Made by a program: the position numbers and the translations under genes. This document shows, one piece after another, positions 11,003 to 19,606 of a stretch of 64,000 nucleotides of DNA. The stretch is from positions 5,920,001 to 5,984,000 of the forward strand of contig OZ245046.1 of assembly GCA_965224245.1 (NCBI GenBank). The letters run 5' to 3'. Position 1 is the stretch's first letter; each line of letters opens with the position of its first letter. Source of the DNA: Candidatus Eiseniibacteriota bacterium (GTDB lineage Bacteria > Eisenbacteria > RBG-16-71-46 > CAZAMP01). The notes beneath the pieces were generated by a model. That model saw only the letters and a program-made list of their open reading frames with translations. It had not been told where the DNA came from and made no database searches.

Positions 11003-12637
11003 TCAGCCCAGCCCCCGTGGTGTCAGGTGGCGCTCGACCAGTGCCAGAACGCCGTCCACCGAGAGGGCGAGCGCCGCGGCGGGAACGGCGCCGGACAGGA
11101 TCTCGGTCGTGTCGTTCGACTGGAGTCCGGAGATGATGGGCTCTCCCAGCCCTCCGGCGCCGATGAACGCGGCCAGGGTCGCCGTTCCCACCGTGATCAC
11201 CGCCGCCGTGCGGACGCCGGCCATGATGATCGGTGCGGCCAGCGGCAGCCGGACGTGGAGCAGCACCTGCCTTGCCGTCATCCCGAGCGCGGACGCCGCG
11301 GTGACCGCGCTCGGCGACGCGTCCCGCACGCCCGAGAACGTGTTGCGCACCATCGGAAACAGCGAGTACACGAAGAGCGCCGTGATCGCGGGCGGCGCGC
11401 CGATCCCGAGCAGCGGGATCATGAACGCGAGGAGCGCCAGCGAGGGAACGGTCTGCGTGATCCCGATCGCGCGGATGACGGGCTCGGCCATCCGGCGATT
11501 GCGCTCCAGAGCGAGCCCGATCGGCACGGCGACCACCACGCCGAGCCCCAGCGCGATCACGGTGAGCCCCAGGTGCTCGATCACGCGGTGCCAGAGCGCG
11601 TCGCGGTTGGCCCAGACGTAGCTCCAGAAGCCCCGGTCACGCGTGGTGACCGCGTCGACGTCGCGGGCACCGACGAGACCGAGCGTCTCCAGCGCGTCCT
11701 GCGCCACCACCTCGATCGCCTCGCCGCCGTGCTCGACCCGGAGGTTCAGCGCGCGCATCGCGTCCGCGTCCAGCGCACCGGCCAGGAGCCCGAGCGCAGC
11801 GGCGATCTCGGGGTACGCCTCGAGCGCCGACCCGCGCACCAGCGCGCAGGCCTCGTACGGTGGGAAGAACGAGAGGTCGTCCTCCAGCACGACGAGGTCG
11901 TTCACCACGAGCCGTCCGTCGGTCGTGTAGACGTCCAGGCAGTCGATCTCTCGCGCGCCGGCAGCCTGGTACTTGAGCGCCTGCTGCATGCCGCGCACAC
12001 TGCCGAAGGAGAGGCCGTAGTGGGCCTCGAGGCCGGGCAGACCATCATCGCGCGTGATGAACTCGTATCCGAACGCGGCGGTGAGCTCCGGCGCGATCGG
12101 CACCAGGTCGGAGATCGTGGCCAGCCCATCGCGTTCGGCGAGGTCGCGGGGGACGGCGATCTCGTACGCGTTCTCGAAGCCGAGGGGCGCCAGCCAGTAC
12201 AGGTTCCACTCGGCGAGGAACGCCGATCGCACGCGGTTGAGCGTGGCCACGCCGTCGGTCGACGGCGCGTCGCCGAGGATCGTGACGAGACCGGTGCCGG
12301 TGTACTCGGGATAGACGTCGATGTCGCCCGAGCGGAGGGCGTCGAAGCAGATCTGAGTGCCGGCGAGCCCCAGCGAGCGCTCGACGGTGAGCCCCGTGCG
12401 CGACTCGATCAGGCGGGCGAACATCTCGGCCAGGAGCTTGTTCTCGTCGAAGTTCTTGGATCCGATCGTGATCGAGCCGGCCGGCCCGCTCCGCGCCGGG
12501 TCCGGGGGCACCGGATCGCCCGACGTCGCCGGCGCGGCGTCGGTGTCCGCCGCCGATGCGATCCCGACCCGTGGCGCCGCCGCACCGAGCCCGATGGCCA
12601 GCGAGACGGCCGCGCCGACCCACCCGAGCCCCGTCAC
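11003..12637 (-). CDS. Fused substrate-binding + permease subunit of an OsmF/YehZ/EgtU-type quaternary-amine ABC importer
   Basis: GSKNFDEN, YPEYTGT, GYEF..R.DG, YTTDG, FPPY binding domain, followed by an EAA-type permease (ASALGMT, IGAGGLG). Confidence 0.9.
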   Translation of the reverse strand: MTGLGWVGAAVSLAIGLGAAAPRVGIASAADTDAAPATSGDPVPPDPARSGPAGSITIGSKNFDENKLLAEMFARLIESRTGLTVERSLGLAGTQICFDALRSGDIDVYPEYTGTGLVTILGDAPSTDGVATLNRVRSAFLAEWNLYWLAPLGFENAYEIAVPRDLAERDGLATISDLVPIAPELTAAFGYEFITRDDGLPGLEAHYGLSFGSVRGMQQALKYQAAGAREIDCLDVYTTDGRLVVNDLVVLEDDLSFFPPYEACALVRGSALEAYPEIAAALGLLAGALDADAMRALNLRVEHGGEAIEVVAQDALETLGLVGARDVDAVTTRDRGFWSYVWANRDALWHRVIEHLGLTVIALGLGVVVAVPIGLALERNRRMAEPVIRAIGITQTVPSLALLAFMIPLLGIGAPPAITALFVYSLFPMVRNTFSGVRDASPSAVTAASALGMTARQVLLHVRLPLAAPIIMAGVRTAAVITVGTATLAAFIGAGGLGEPIISGLQSNDTTEILSGAVPAAALALSVDGVLALVERHLTPRGLG

Positions 12638-13383
12638 GCGTCCGTCCGCGCGATCGAGGCGTGGTCGAGGAGCCGGCGCACGTAGGGATCACGGGTCGCC
12701 GCGATCGCCTCGGGCGTGTCATACGCGACGATCACCCCCTCCTTCATGACGCCGACCCGGTCTCCCAGGCGGAATGCCTCGGTCACGTCGTGCGTGACCA
12801 GCACCATCGTCTTGCGCAGCCGCGTGGCCAGCTCGCGAAACGCCTCCTGTACCTCCACGCGCGTGATCGCGTCCAGCGCCCCGAACGGCTCGTCGAGGAG
12901 CACGACGTCAGGGTCCGCGGCCAGCGCGCGTGCGACCGCGACCCGCTGGCGCTGCCCGCCGGAGAGCGCCTTCGGGTAGCGAGCACGGAACGTGGCGGGG
13001 TCGAGTCCGACGAGATCCAGGAGCTCGTCGGTCCTGGCGTCGGTGCGCTTTCGGTCCCAGCCCAGAAGCCCGGGCACGAGCGCGACGTTGCGCGCGACCG
13101 GCCAGTGCGGGAGGAGGCCGCCTTCCTGCTGGACGTATCCGGTGTGCCGGCGGAGCGTGATGGGATCCAGACCCGACGCGTCGGCACCCCGGATCAGCAC
13201 ACGACCACGCGTGGGGCGGACGAGCCGGTTGAACATCTTCAGGAGGGTCGACTTGCCGGAGCCGCTCTCGCCGATCAGCGCGGCCGTCTGGCCCTCGCCG
13301 ATCGCGATCGACACGCCGGCCAGCGCGTGCGTGGGGCCGGGATACACCTTCTCGACGTCGACGGCCTCCAGCGCGGTGGACAT
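12634..13383 (-). CDS. ABC transporter ATP-binding subunit (OpuBA/ProV/EgtUA-like)
   Basis: GESGSGKS, LSGGQRQR, LLDEPFGALD, VTHD; overlaps the next gene by 4 nt. Confidence 0.93.
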   Translation of the reverse strand: MSTALEAVDVEKVYPGPTHALAGVSIAIGEGQTAALIGESGSGKSTLLKMFNRLVRPTRGRVLIRGADASGLDPITLRRHTGYVQQEGGLLPHWPVARNVALVPGLLGWDRKRTDARTDELLDLVGLDPATFRARYPKALSGGQRQRVAVARALAADPDVVLLDEPFGALDAITRVEVQEAFRELATRLRKTMVLVTHDVTEAFRLGDRVGVMKEGVIVAYDTPEAIAATRDPYVRRLLDHASIARTDA

Positions 13384-13517
13384 CGTTGGGTCCTTTCACG
13401 ACGAATGGGGCGGTCAGCTCGTGACTCGCCCCACTCGAGGACTCCGAATGCGATCAGCAGGCGCCGCGCCGGCAGTGCCGCCGCCGCGGTGCCATGGCGG
13501 CAGCGCCGCGCGGGATC

Positions 13518-13823
13518 CTAGAATCCCAGCTCGGCCTTGCGCGCCTCGGCCGTCGGCAGCGGATCTTCCTTCTCGTTGACCACGGGAAGGCCGGGCGCCT
13601 TGTCGGCGTTGATCTGAAGCCACTCCTGCTTGTCGTCGGGGAGATCGGCCTCGTCGTAGATCGCCTGGACGGGGCACTCGGGAACACACGCTCCGCAGTC
13701 GATGCACTCGTCGGGATCGATGTAGAGCATCTCCTCGTCTCCGTGGAAGCAGTCCACGGGACACACCGTGACACAGTCGGTGAAGCGGCACTTCTGGCAG
13801 TTGTCGACGACGACGTACGTCAT
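13518..13823 (-). CDS. 7Fe/8Fe dicluster ferredoxin (FdxA-like)
   Basis: MTYVV..C..C..TDCV.VCPVDCF...IDPDECIDCGACVPECP. Confidence 0.93.
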   Translation of the reverse strand: MTYVVVDNCQKCRFTDCVTVCPVDCFHGDEEMLYIDPDECIDCGACVPECPVQAIYDEADLPDDKQEWLQINADKAPGLPVVNEKEDPLPTAEARKAELGF

Positions 13824-13921
13824 GCGAGGCCTCCCGCGCCCGCGGCGAGCCGCGGACGAACGTGTGAATATCCAAAGACTTGGGGAGTCTACGGTCGAGC
13901 GTGGGGGGCGTCAAGGCAGGC

Positions 13922-15010
13922 CTAGGACGACTCGTCGCGCGTCAGGGGCACGTCGTACGGCAGATGTCGGACGTGAAGCGTGGGCCCGTCGGCGTCCCCG
14001 AGACGCAGCGCGTCGGAGTCCGATGCGGCCTCGGCGCTCGCGGTCGTGAGCACGGCGAGCGCGTCGAGCCCACCGGCGCGGAGCGACGCGCTCACGACGA
14101 TCGTGCCGGCCCGAGCGTCGTCCTCGGCGGACCAGACGGGCGTGCCCGGCGCCGGCGGATCTCCGGTGGTCGAGCTGACCCGGTACATGCGCCGCTTGAT
14201 CTGGCCCAGGTAGTGGACGCGCGCGACCACCTCCTGACCCGGGTAACACCCCTTGGTGAAGCTCACGCCGTCGATCGCGTGCAGGTTCAGCATCTGGGGG
14301 ACGAACGAGCCGCTCGTCTCCGCGGTGACCGAGGGCTCTCCGGCGCGGATCTGGTGGCGCGTCCACACGTCACGGCCCGCCGGGGCGAGCCGGGGGGTCA
14401 CGCGGCCCCACAGCTCGCGAACCGTGGCCGGCGGGCCCACGGCCAGGAGCCGGGGAACGCGCCCCATCACCCGGACGACCGTGAGTCGGTCACCGGTGGT
14501 GACGCACCAGGCGCCGGGAGGCTCGGACATGCCGGCCCGGGCCAGCGCCTCGCCCACGTCGACGCCGACCAGACCGATCGTGCACGACTCGTCGGACGCG
14601 TCGTGGAACGTGACGTCGGCCCGCAGCCGGAAGCGCTCGAGCTGCGTCCTGGCGATCGGAAGCACGTCGCGAGGCAATAGGAGCCGGTAGCCCGCGCGCG
14701 CGCCGCCGTCACCGGTCGTCGTGGCCACGAAGAGCGCCAGCAGCCGGCCCTTCGCCGTGCAGTAGCCCGAGAGCTGGGCGCTCGACCCGTCGACCCGGGA
14801 CAGGTCGTTCGTGAACTGATTCTGCAGGAACCGAGAGGCGTCCGGTCCGTGTATGTCCAGGGGGACGATGTCCGAGAGGTCCATGACGGCGTCGATGGCC
14901 TCGATCGCATCGCCTTCGCCGGAGACGTGCCCGGGCTCGAAGCCGACGACCACGCCGTCGCGGATCACGGCGCCCTCGTCGATCAGATGGGCGCGCCAGT
15001 CGGGATGCAC
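13922..15010 (-). CDS. ygfZ: Folate-binding Fe-S/tRNA-modification protein YgfZ
   Basis: Signature KGCYPGQEVVAR; GPDASRFLQNQFTND. Start set at GTG 15010 after GAGG. Confidence 0.9.
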   Translation of the reverse strand: MHPDWRAHLIDEGAVIRDGVVVGFEPGHVSGEGDAIEAIDAVMDLSDIVPLDIHGPDASRFLQNQFTNDLSRVDGSSAQLSGYCTAKGRLLALFVATTTGDGGARAGYRLLLPRDVLPIARTQLERFRLRADVTFHDASDESCTIGLVGVDVGEALARAGMSEPPGAWCVTTGDRLTVVRVMGRVPRLLAVGPPATVRELWGRVTPRLAPAGRDVWTRHQIRAGEPSVTAETSGSFVPQMLNLHAIDGVSFTKGCYPGQEVVARVHYLGQIKRRMYRVSSTTGDPPAPGTPVWSAEDDARAGTIVVSASLRAGGLDALAVLTTASAEAASDSDALRLGDADGPTLHVRHLPYDVPLTRDESS

Positions 15011-15128
15011 GTGAACCTCGCCCCGGCGGGGTGGAACGGCCGCAAATGCCGCTCGTCGCCACCCGCCTCGTGGGTTACCATCTTTCGCTCGAAACCGGAC
15101 TCTTCCTCTCCCTCTCGGAGGCTCTACG

Positions 15129-16142
15129 ATGGCAAAGGTTCGCGTCGGTATCAACGGGTTCGGCCGGATCGGCCGCTGCGCGCTGAAGAACATGATGCGC
15201 CGGGACGACTTCGAGGTCGTCGGCATAAACGACCTGGCCGACATCGGCGATCTCGCCTATCTCCTGAAGTACGACTCGATCCACGGGTGGTATCCCCCGA
15301 AGGTCGAGGCGGACGACTCCACGATCGTCGTCGCCAAGACGCCGATTCGCTTCATGTCCGAGCGCAACCCCGCCGACATCCGCTGGGGCGAGCTCGGCGC
15401 GGACATCGTCATCGAGAGCACCGGCGCGTTCCGAACGCGGGACGAAGCCGGCCTGCACCTCGAGGGTGGCGCCAGGCGCGTGGTCATGTCCGCTCCCGGC
15501 AAGGACGTCGATGGCACGTTCGTCTACGGCGTGAACCACGAGACGTACGACCCCGCGAAGCACGTCGTCATCTCCAACGCGTCCTGCACGACGAACTCGC
15601 TGGCGCCGGTGGCCAAGGTGCTCCACGAGCGCTTCGGGATTGCGCACCTCACGATCACGACCGTGCATGCCTACACGTCGAGTCAGGCGCTGATGGACAC
15701 GCCCATGCGGAAGCGTCGCCGCGGTCGTGCGGCCGCGCTGTCGATCGTGCCCACCACGACCGGGGCGGCGCGGGCCACCGAGCTGGTCATCCCCGAGCTG
15801 ACGGGCCGGATGGACGGCATGGCGCTCCGGGTACCGGTTCCCGACGGATCGGTCACCGACATCACCGTCACCCTGGAATCCGACGTGACCGCCGAGTCGG
15901 TCAACCGTGCACTCCAGGAGGCGTCGAGCGAGCCGCGCTTCGCGGGCGTGCTCCGGGTGTCGGACGAGGCGCTCGTGTCGCGCGACATCCTCGGGGATCC
16001 GCACTCGTCGATCGTCGATGCCGAGTCGACGATGGTTCTCGACAAGCGAATCGTGAAGATCCTGGCCTGGTACGACAACGAGTGGGGATACTCGGCCCGC
16101 CTGGCCGACATGGCCGGCTACATGGCGTCGAAGGGCCTCTGA
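15129..16142 (+). CDS. gap: Type I glyceraldehyde-3-phosphate dehydrogenase
   Basis: GINGFGRIGR, NASCTTNS, TTVHAYT, PTTTGAA, WYDNEWGYS. Confidence 0.95.
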   Translation: MAKVRVGINGFGRIGRCALKNMMRRDDFEVVGINDLADIGDLAYLLKYDSIHGWYPPKVEADDSTIVVAKTPIRFMSERNPADIRWGELGADIVIESTGAFRTRDEAGLHLEGGARRVVMSAPGKDVDGTFVYGVNHETYDPAKHVVISNASCTTNSLAPVAKVLHERFGIAHLTITTVHAYTSSQALMDTPMRKRRRGRAAALSIVPTTTGAARATELVIPELTGRMDGMALRVPVPDGSVTDITVTLESDVTAESVNRALQEASSEPRFAGVLRVSDEALVSRDILGDPHSSIVDAESTMVLDKRIVKILAWYDNEWGYSARLADMAGYMASKGL

Positions 16143-16204
16143 GGCGAGGACCGCGCCGGCGGCGCCGTATCGCGTGAGACGACGCGGTCCGCGCCGCCGG
16201 ACGA

Positions 16205-16732
16205 TCAGTCGGCGTCGACCATCCTCAGGACCGCGTCCAGATCGACCTGGGCACGCGCACAGCGGTGGATGTTCTTCTGCACGATCACGCGCGCGAGCGT
16301 CGGGTCGATCTCGGCGCCGGCGTCGACCAGTCCCTTCATCGCGCGGTCGAGCCGCCCCATTGCCATCGCCACCAGCGAGCGCTCCATCGCGCAGGGATCG
16401 ATCGAACCGGGATCGATCGACGCCGCCTCGACGGCCGCCAGGCGATCCGCTGCGCGGGCGGTCCTGCCCTCCCGGGGGATCTCGACCACGTCCACGTCGG
16501 CGACGGTGCCACCGCCGGCCACGCGCCGGGCCTCGGCGCGACCCCCGCACAGGATCCCGATCGCCCCGTTGATCTCGAGCCGGATCTGCAGGCATCGGGT
16601 CACGTTGGTGTGCACGATCGCGGAGGCGAACCGGTCGTCGAGGAGATCGGCGGTCCGGGTGAGCGCCGTGATGGCGGCCGCCACGTGGGCGCTGACGTCG
16701 TGCAGGGTGTCTTCGATCGGCGAGGTGTTCAC
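16205..16732 (-). CDS. Hypothetical helical protein with internal two-fold repeat
   Basis: AGGAG RBS before GTG; repeats A..IV..N..RC twice. Confidence 0.6.
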   Translation of the reverse strand: MNTSPIEDTLHDVSAHVAAAITALTRTADLLDDRFASAIVHTNVTRCLQIRLEINGAIGILCGGRAEARRVAGGGTVADVDVVEIPREGRTARAADRLAAVEAASIDPGSIDPCAMERSLVAMAMGRLDRAMKGLVDAGAEIDPTLARVIVQKNIHRCARAQVDLDAVLRMVDAD

Positions 16733-16886
16733 GCGCGTGACTCCTGGCCTTCGGAGGAACGGGTCGCACGGCCGATGAGCCGGTGGGGGCCCGCCGGTTC
16801 ACTAGTCATCGGCCGTCGCGACCATCGTTTTGAGCGCAAAGTCACGGCGTGGGGAGGCGGGGCGGCATCGCCGCCCCGTCAGAGGG

Positions 16887-17764
16887 TCAGTCCGTGCGGA
16901 GCTCCACGGTGCCGCTGAACGACGAGAGGTTCACGTGCGCCGATCCGTCACCCACGGTGAAGTGGAGCTCCGAGCCGGGGCCGCGCCGCCGCGAGCGGCC
17001 GTCCTCACGTCCGATCTCGTTCCGGATGGAGCCGGAGAACGTCGAGACGTCGAACTCGGCATCGACATCCCCGACCAGCGTCAGCACGATGTCACCGCTG
17101 TGGCTCTCGCCCTCGACGCGAGCGTCCTCGTTCAGCCGTCCTTCGAACCGGACCAGCCCCGAGACGGTCTCGACCGCGAGCCGGTCGAAGTCGTCGCCGT
17201 AGACGTCCACGTCGCCGCTGACCGACGCGGCCTCCAGCCGCCCGCGCAGTCCCCTGGCCTCGATCGATCCCGAGACGGTGCTCAGCTCGGTCTCGTCGGT
17301 CTTTGCGTCGCAGTCGATGTCGCCGCTGACCGTCGCCGCCGAGAGCTCGCCCGGCTCGCCTCGGATCGTGATGTCGCCGCTGACCGACTCGAGGCTGAGC
17401 GCCGCGGTCAGCTCCTCCACGTCGATGCTGGCGCTGACGGTCTCGACCTCGACGCGGCTGCCCTTCGGCACCCGGATCTCGAGATCGCTTCCGTCCACGT
17501 TCGCGCTCGCCTCGGCAGGACCACCTTGATCCGGGCCCGCGATCCGTCCACGTCGAAGTCGAGCCGCTCGGTGCCACGGCCGAGCTCACCCTGGACATGG
17601 ATCTCGTCGCGGTCCCATCCGATGACCACGATCGACCCCGACACGTTCTCGATGTGGACCCGTCCATCGGGCTCGGCCGACTTCCGCTCGTCGACCTCCT
17701 CGCCTCGCACCACGCCGGCCGTCGAGAACGCCAGCACTGCGAGCCCCATGATGATCGTCTTCAT
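16887..17764 (-). pseudogene. Secreted DUF4097/adhesin-like beta-repeat protein with a 1-nt frameshift near 17500
   Basis: A signal peptide frame (17764) and a frame with repeated (T/S)VSGD/S-I motifs (to 16887) join if one base is restored at the TT at 17500-17501 (RAR-NVDGSDL). Confidence 0.8.
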
Positions 17765-17833
17765 GATCGTCTCCCATCCACCTCGGAACGAGCCTCGGCG
17801 GGCTTGGTGTCGTTTCGCGCCCGAGGGCGCTGT

Positions 17834-18442
17834 CTACGTGTCGTCGGAGCCGGTCGCCGGCGTCTCGCCGGATGTCTCGGTGTCGTCCGGCGCGGCCATC
17901 CGCGCCGCGCGTCGCGCCAGCGCGAGCCGGTCGGTGTAGTCGTCGACGACACGCCGTGCGAGCGCCTCGTCGTCGGGATGCTGCCGGAGCGCATCCCGAG
18001 ACTCGTCCAGTGCCGTCCGGATCACCGCGAGCGCCGCCTCCACGGTCGCCGCGGTCTCCGGCGACATCGCGCCGCCGCCGGCCGACGTCTCCTCGGTGAA
18101 GATCCGCTCCAGCTCCGAGCACTGGGACTCGAGGCGATCGAAGGTCGCCACCAGCGCCCCGGACGGGGTCACCCCGTCGCGCGGCGTCGGATCGGTTCCC
18201 ATCCGGGTCACGCCGGCGACGATCAGCACCGCGGCGGCCGCCGCCGTCATCCAGCCGAGCCACGTCGCAGACCGACTTCCACCGAAGGTCGGTCGGAGCG
18301 CGATCGTTCCCGGAGCGCCTTCTCTCTCCAGCTGAGCGCGAAGCTCCGGCCAGAGATCGCGGCGCGGCGCGATCTCCCGCGGGAGCGCCCGGGCGGCCTC
18401 GGACAGCGCGTCGGGCGTCGCATCGATTCGTCGATCATCCAT
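17834..18442 (-). CDS. Putative membrane anti-sigma factor
   Basis: Directly downstream of and overlapping the ECF sigma; P.RDLWP motif, one TM segment, helical C-terminus. Confidence 0.7.
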   Translation of the reverse strand: MDDRRIDATPDALSEAARALPREIAPRRDLWPELRAQLEREGAPGTIALRPTFGGSRSATWLGWMTAAAAAVLIVAGVTRMGTDPTPRDGVTPSGALVATFDRLESQCSELERIFTEETSAGGGAMSPETAATVEAALAVIRTALDESRDALRQHPDDEALARRVVDDYTDRLALARRAARMAAPDDTETSGETPATGSDDT

Positions 18443-18998
18443 GCTGTGCTCCGAGTGTTCGTTTCAAGAGGCGTCGCGCTCGATGAAGCTGCGCCTTCGA
18501 CGTTCCCGGCCGGATGCCGCACATCTGGGCGATCTCGGCGTGACCGAACCCCTCGACCTCGTGCAACACGAACACGATCCGCGCGCCGTCGGGCAGCTCG
18601 CCGATTGCGCGCTCCAGATCCACGCGCGCCCCCGGGTCGACCCGTGGCGGCGCGGCGGCGTCGTCCTCGGTGATGTCGGTCGCATGCTCGAGCGCTCGCC
18701 TGAGCGACGCGCGTCTCGCATCCAGCACCACGTTCACGGTCAGACGATGGAGCCACGTCGCGAACGCCGCCTCGCCGCGAAAGCTCCCGAGCCGCTGCCA
18801 GGCCCGGAGGAACGCGTCCTGCGTCCGGTCCTCGGCGTCGTCGCGCCGCGCGGTCAGGCGCACGCAGATGGCGTGCACGTGGCCGACGTGGCGCCGGTAG
18901 AGTGCCTCGAAGGCGACCAGATCCCCGTCGCGTGCGCGGGCCACCAGGGCCGCGTCCGGCGAGGGGTCGTCGACGTGTCGGGGCGGTGACGTGATCAT
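18435..18998 (-). CDS. ECF RNA polymerase sigma-70 factor
   Basis: GDLVAFEALYRRH, AEDRTQDAF, F.TWLHRL..N, EIA...GTSKAQLHRAR; GAGGAG RBS. Confidence 0.95.
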   Translation of the reverse strand: MITSPPRHVDDPSPDAALVARARDGDLVAFEALYRRHVGHVHAICVRLTARRDDAEDRTQDAFLRAWQRLGSFRGEAAFATWLHRLTVNVVLDARRASLRRALEHATDITEDDAAAPPRVDPGARVDLERAIGELPDGARIVFVLHEVEGFGHAEIAQMCGIRPGTSKAQLHRARRLLKRTLGAQHG

Positions 18999-19027
18999 CG
19001 GGCTCCTCGTCGTTCGTCAACCGATCT

Positions 19028-19052
19028 GACGTCGTCATGATCGCAGGGGTTT
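19028..19052 (-). promoter_or_regulatory. Candidate ECF-dependent autoregulatory promoter (AAAC-N17-CGTC)
   Basis: The minus strand reads taAAC-ccctgcgatcatgacga-CGTC about 30 nt upstream of the sigma start; this resembles the generic AAC/CGT ECF promoter pattern. Confidence 0.3.
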
Positions 19053-19104
19053 AGTCCCCGGCGCGAGAGGCGCGTAAAAAGCGGGAGATTCCGTGCAACT
19101 CGAG

Positions 19105-19118
19105 ACTACGGGTGTAGT
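19105..19118 (+). promoter_or_regulatory. BlaI/MecI/CopY-type operator ACTAC-GGGT-GTAGT overlapping a -10-like TAGTAT
   Basis: Inverted repeat with core TACG-gg-TGTA, close to the TACA-N2-TGTA box, directly upstream of the blaI-like gene. Confidence 0.7.
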
Positions 19119-19153
19119 ATTAAGAGCGTGACCGTCGACGGGACATTCAACGC

Positions 19154-19606
19154 ATGGGGCGCGCCGGCATGGATAAGTCGCAACTAATCAGCGGTTTACA
19201 GCTAGCCATCCTGCGAGAGATCTGGAGTCGTGGAGAGGCCACGGTGGCGGAGGTGCACAACGCCTTGCAGAGGGAACGGGGGCTGGCGATGACGACCGTC
19301 GCCACCGTCCTCTCCCGACTCGAGAAACGCCGGCTCATCACCCACCGACGCGAGGGTCGCCAGTTCGTCTACCGGGCCCGGGTCAGCGAGGAAGACGTCC
19401 GGAGCCAGATGGTGGCCGAGATTACGGAACGTCTCTTCCACGGAGACGTAACCGAGCTGGTGAGCCACCTGGTCGCCGACGGCGACATCAGCCAGGGCGA
19501 CCTGGCCCGCGTGCGGGAGCTCATCGAGACCCGAGAATCCGAGCTCGGTGCCGGAGCCCCACCTCCGGCGCCCGACGAACCCCGCGAGCACCCGGAGGAG
19601 GGGTGA
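19154..19606 (+). CDS. BlaI/MecI/CopY family transcriptional repressor
   Basis: LQLAILREIW, LAMTTVATVLSRLEKR, REGRQFVY, LFHG..ELVSHL. The start may be ATG 19169. Confidence 0.93.
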   Translation: MGRAGMDKSQLISGLQLAILREIWSRGEATVAEVHNALQRERGLAMTTVATVLSRLEKRRLITHRREGRQFVYRARVSEEDVRSQMVAEITERLFHGDVTELVSHLVADGDISQGDLARVRELIETRESELGAGAPPPAPDEPREHPEEG

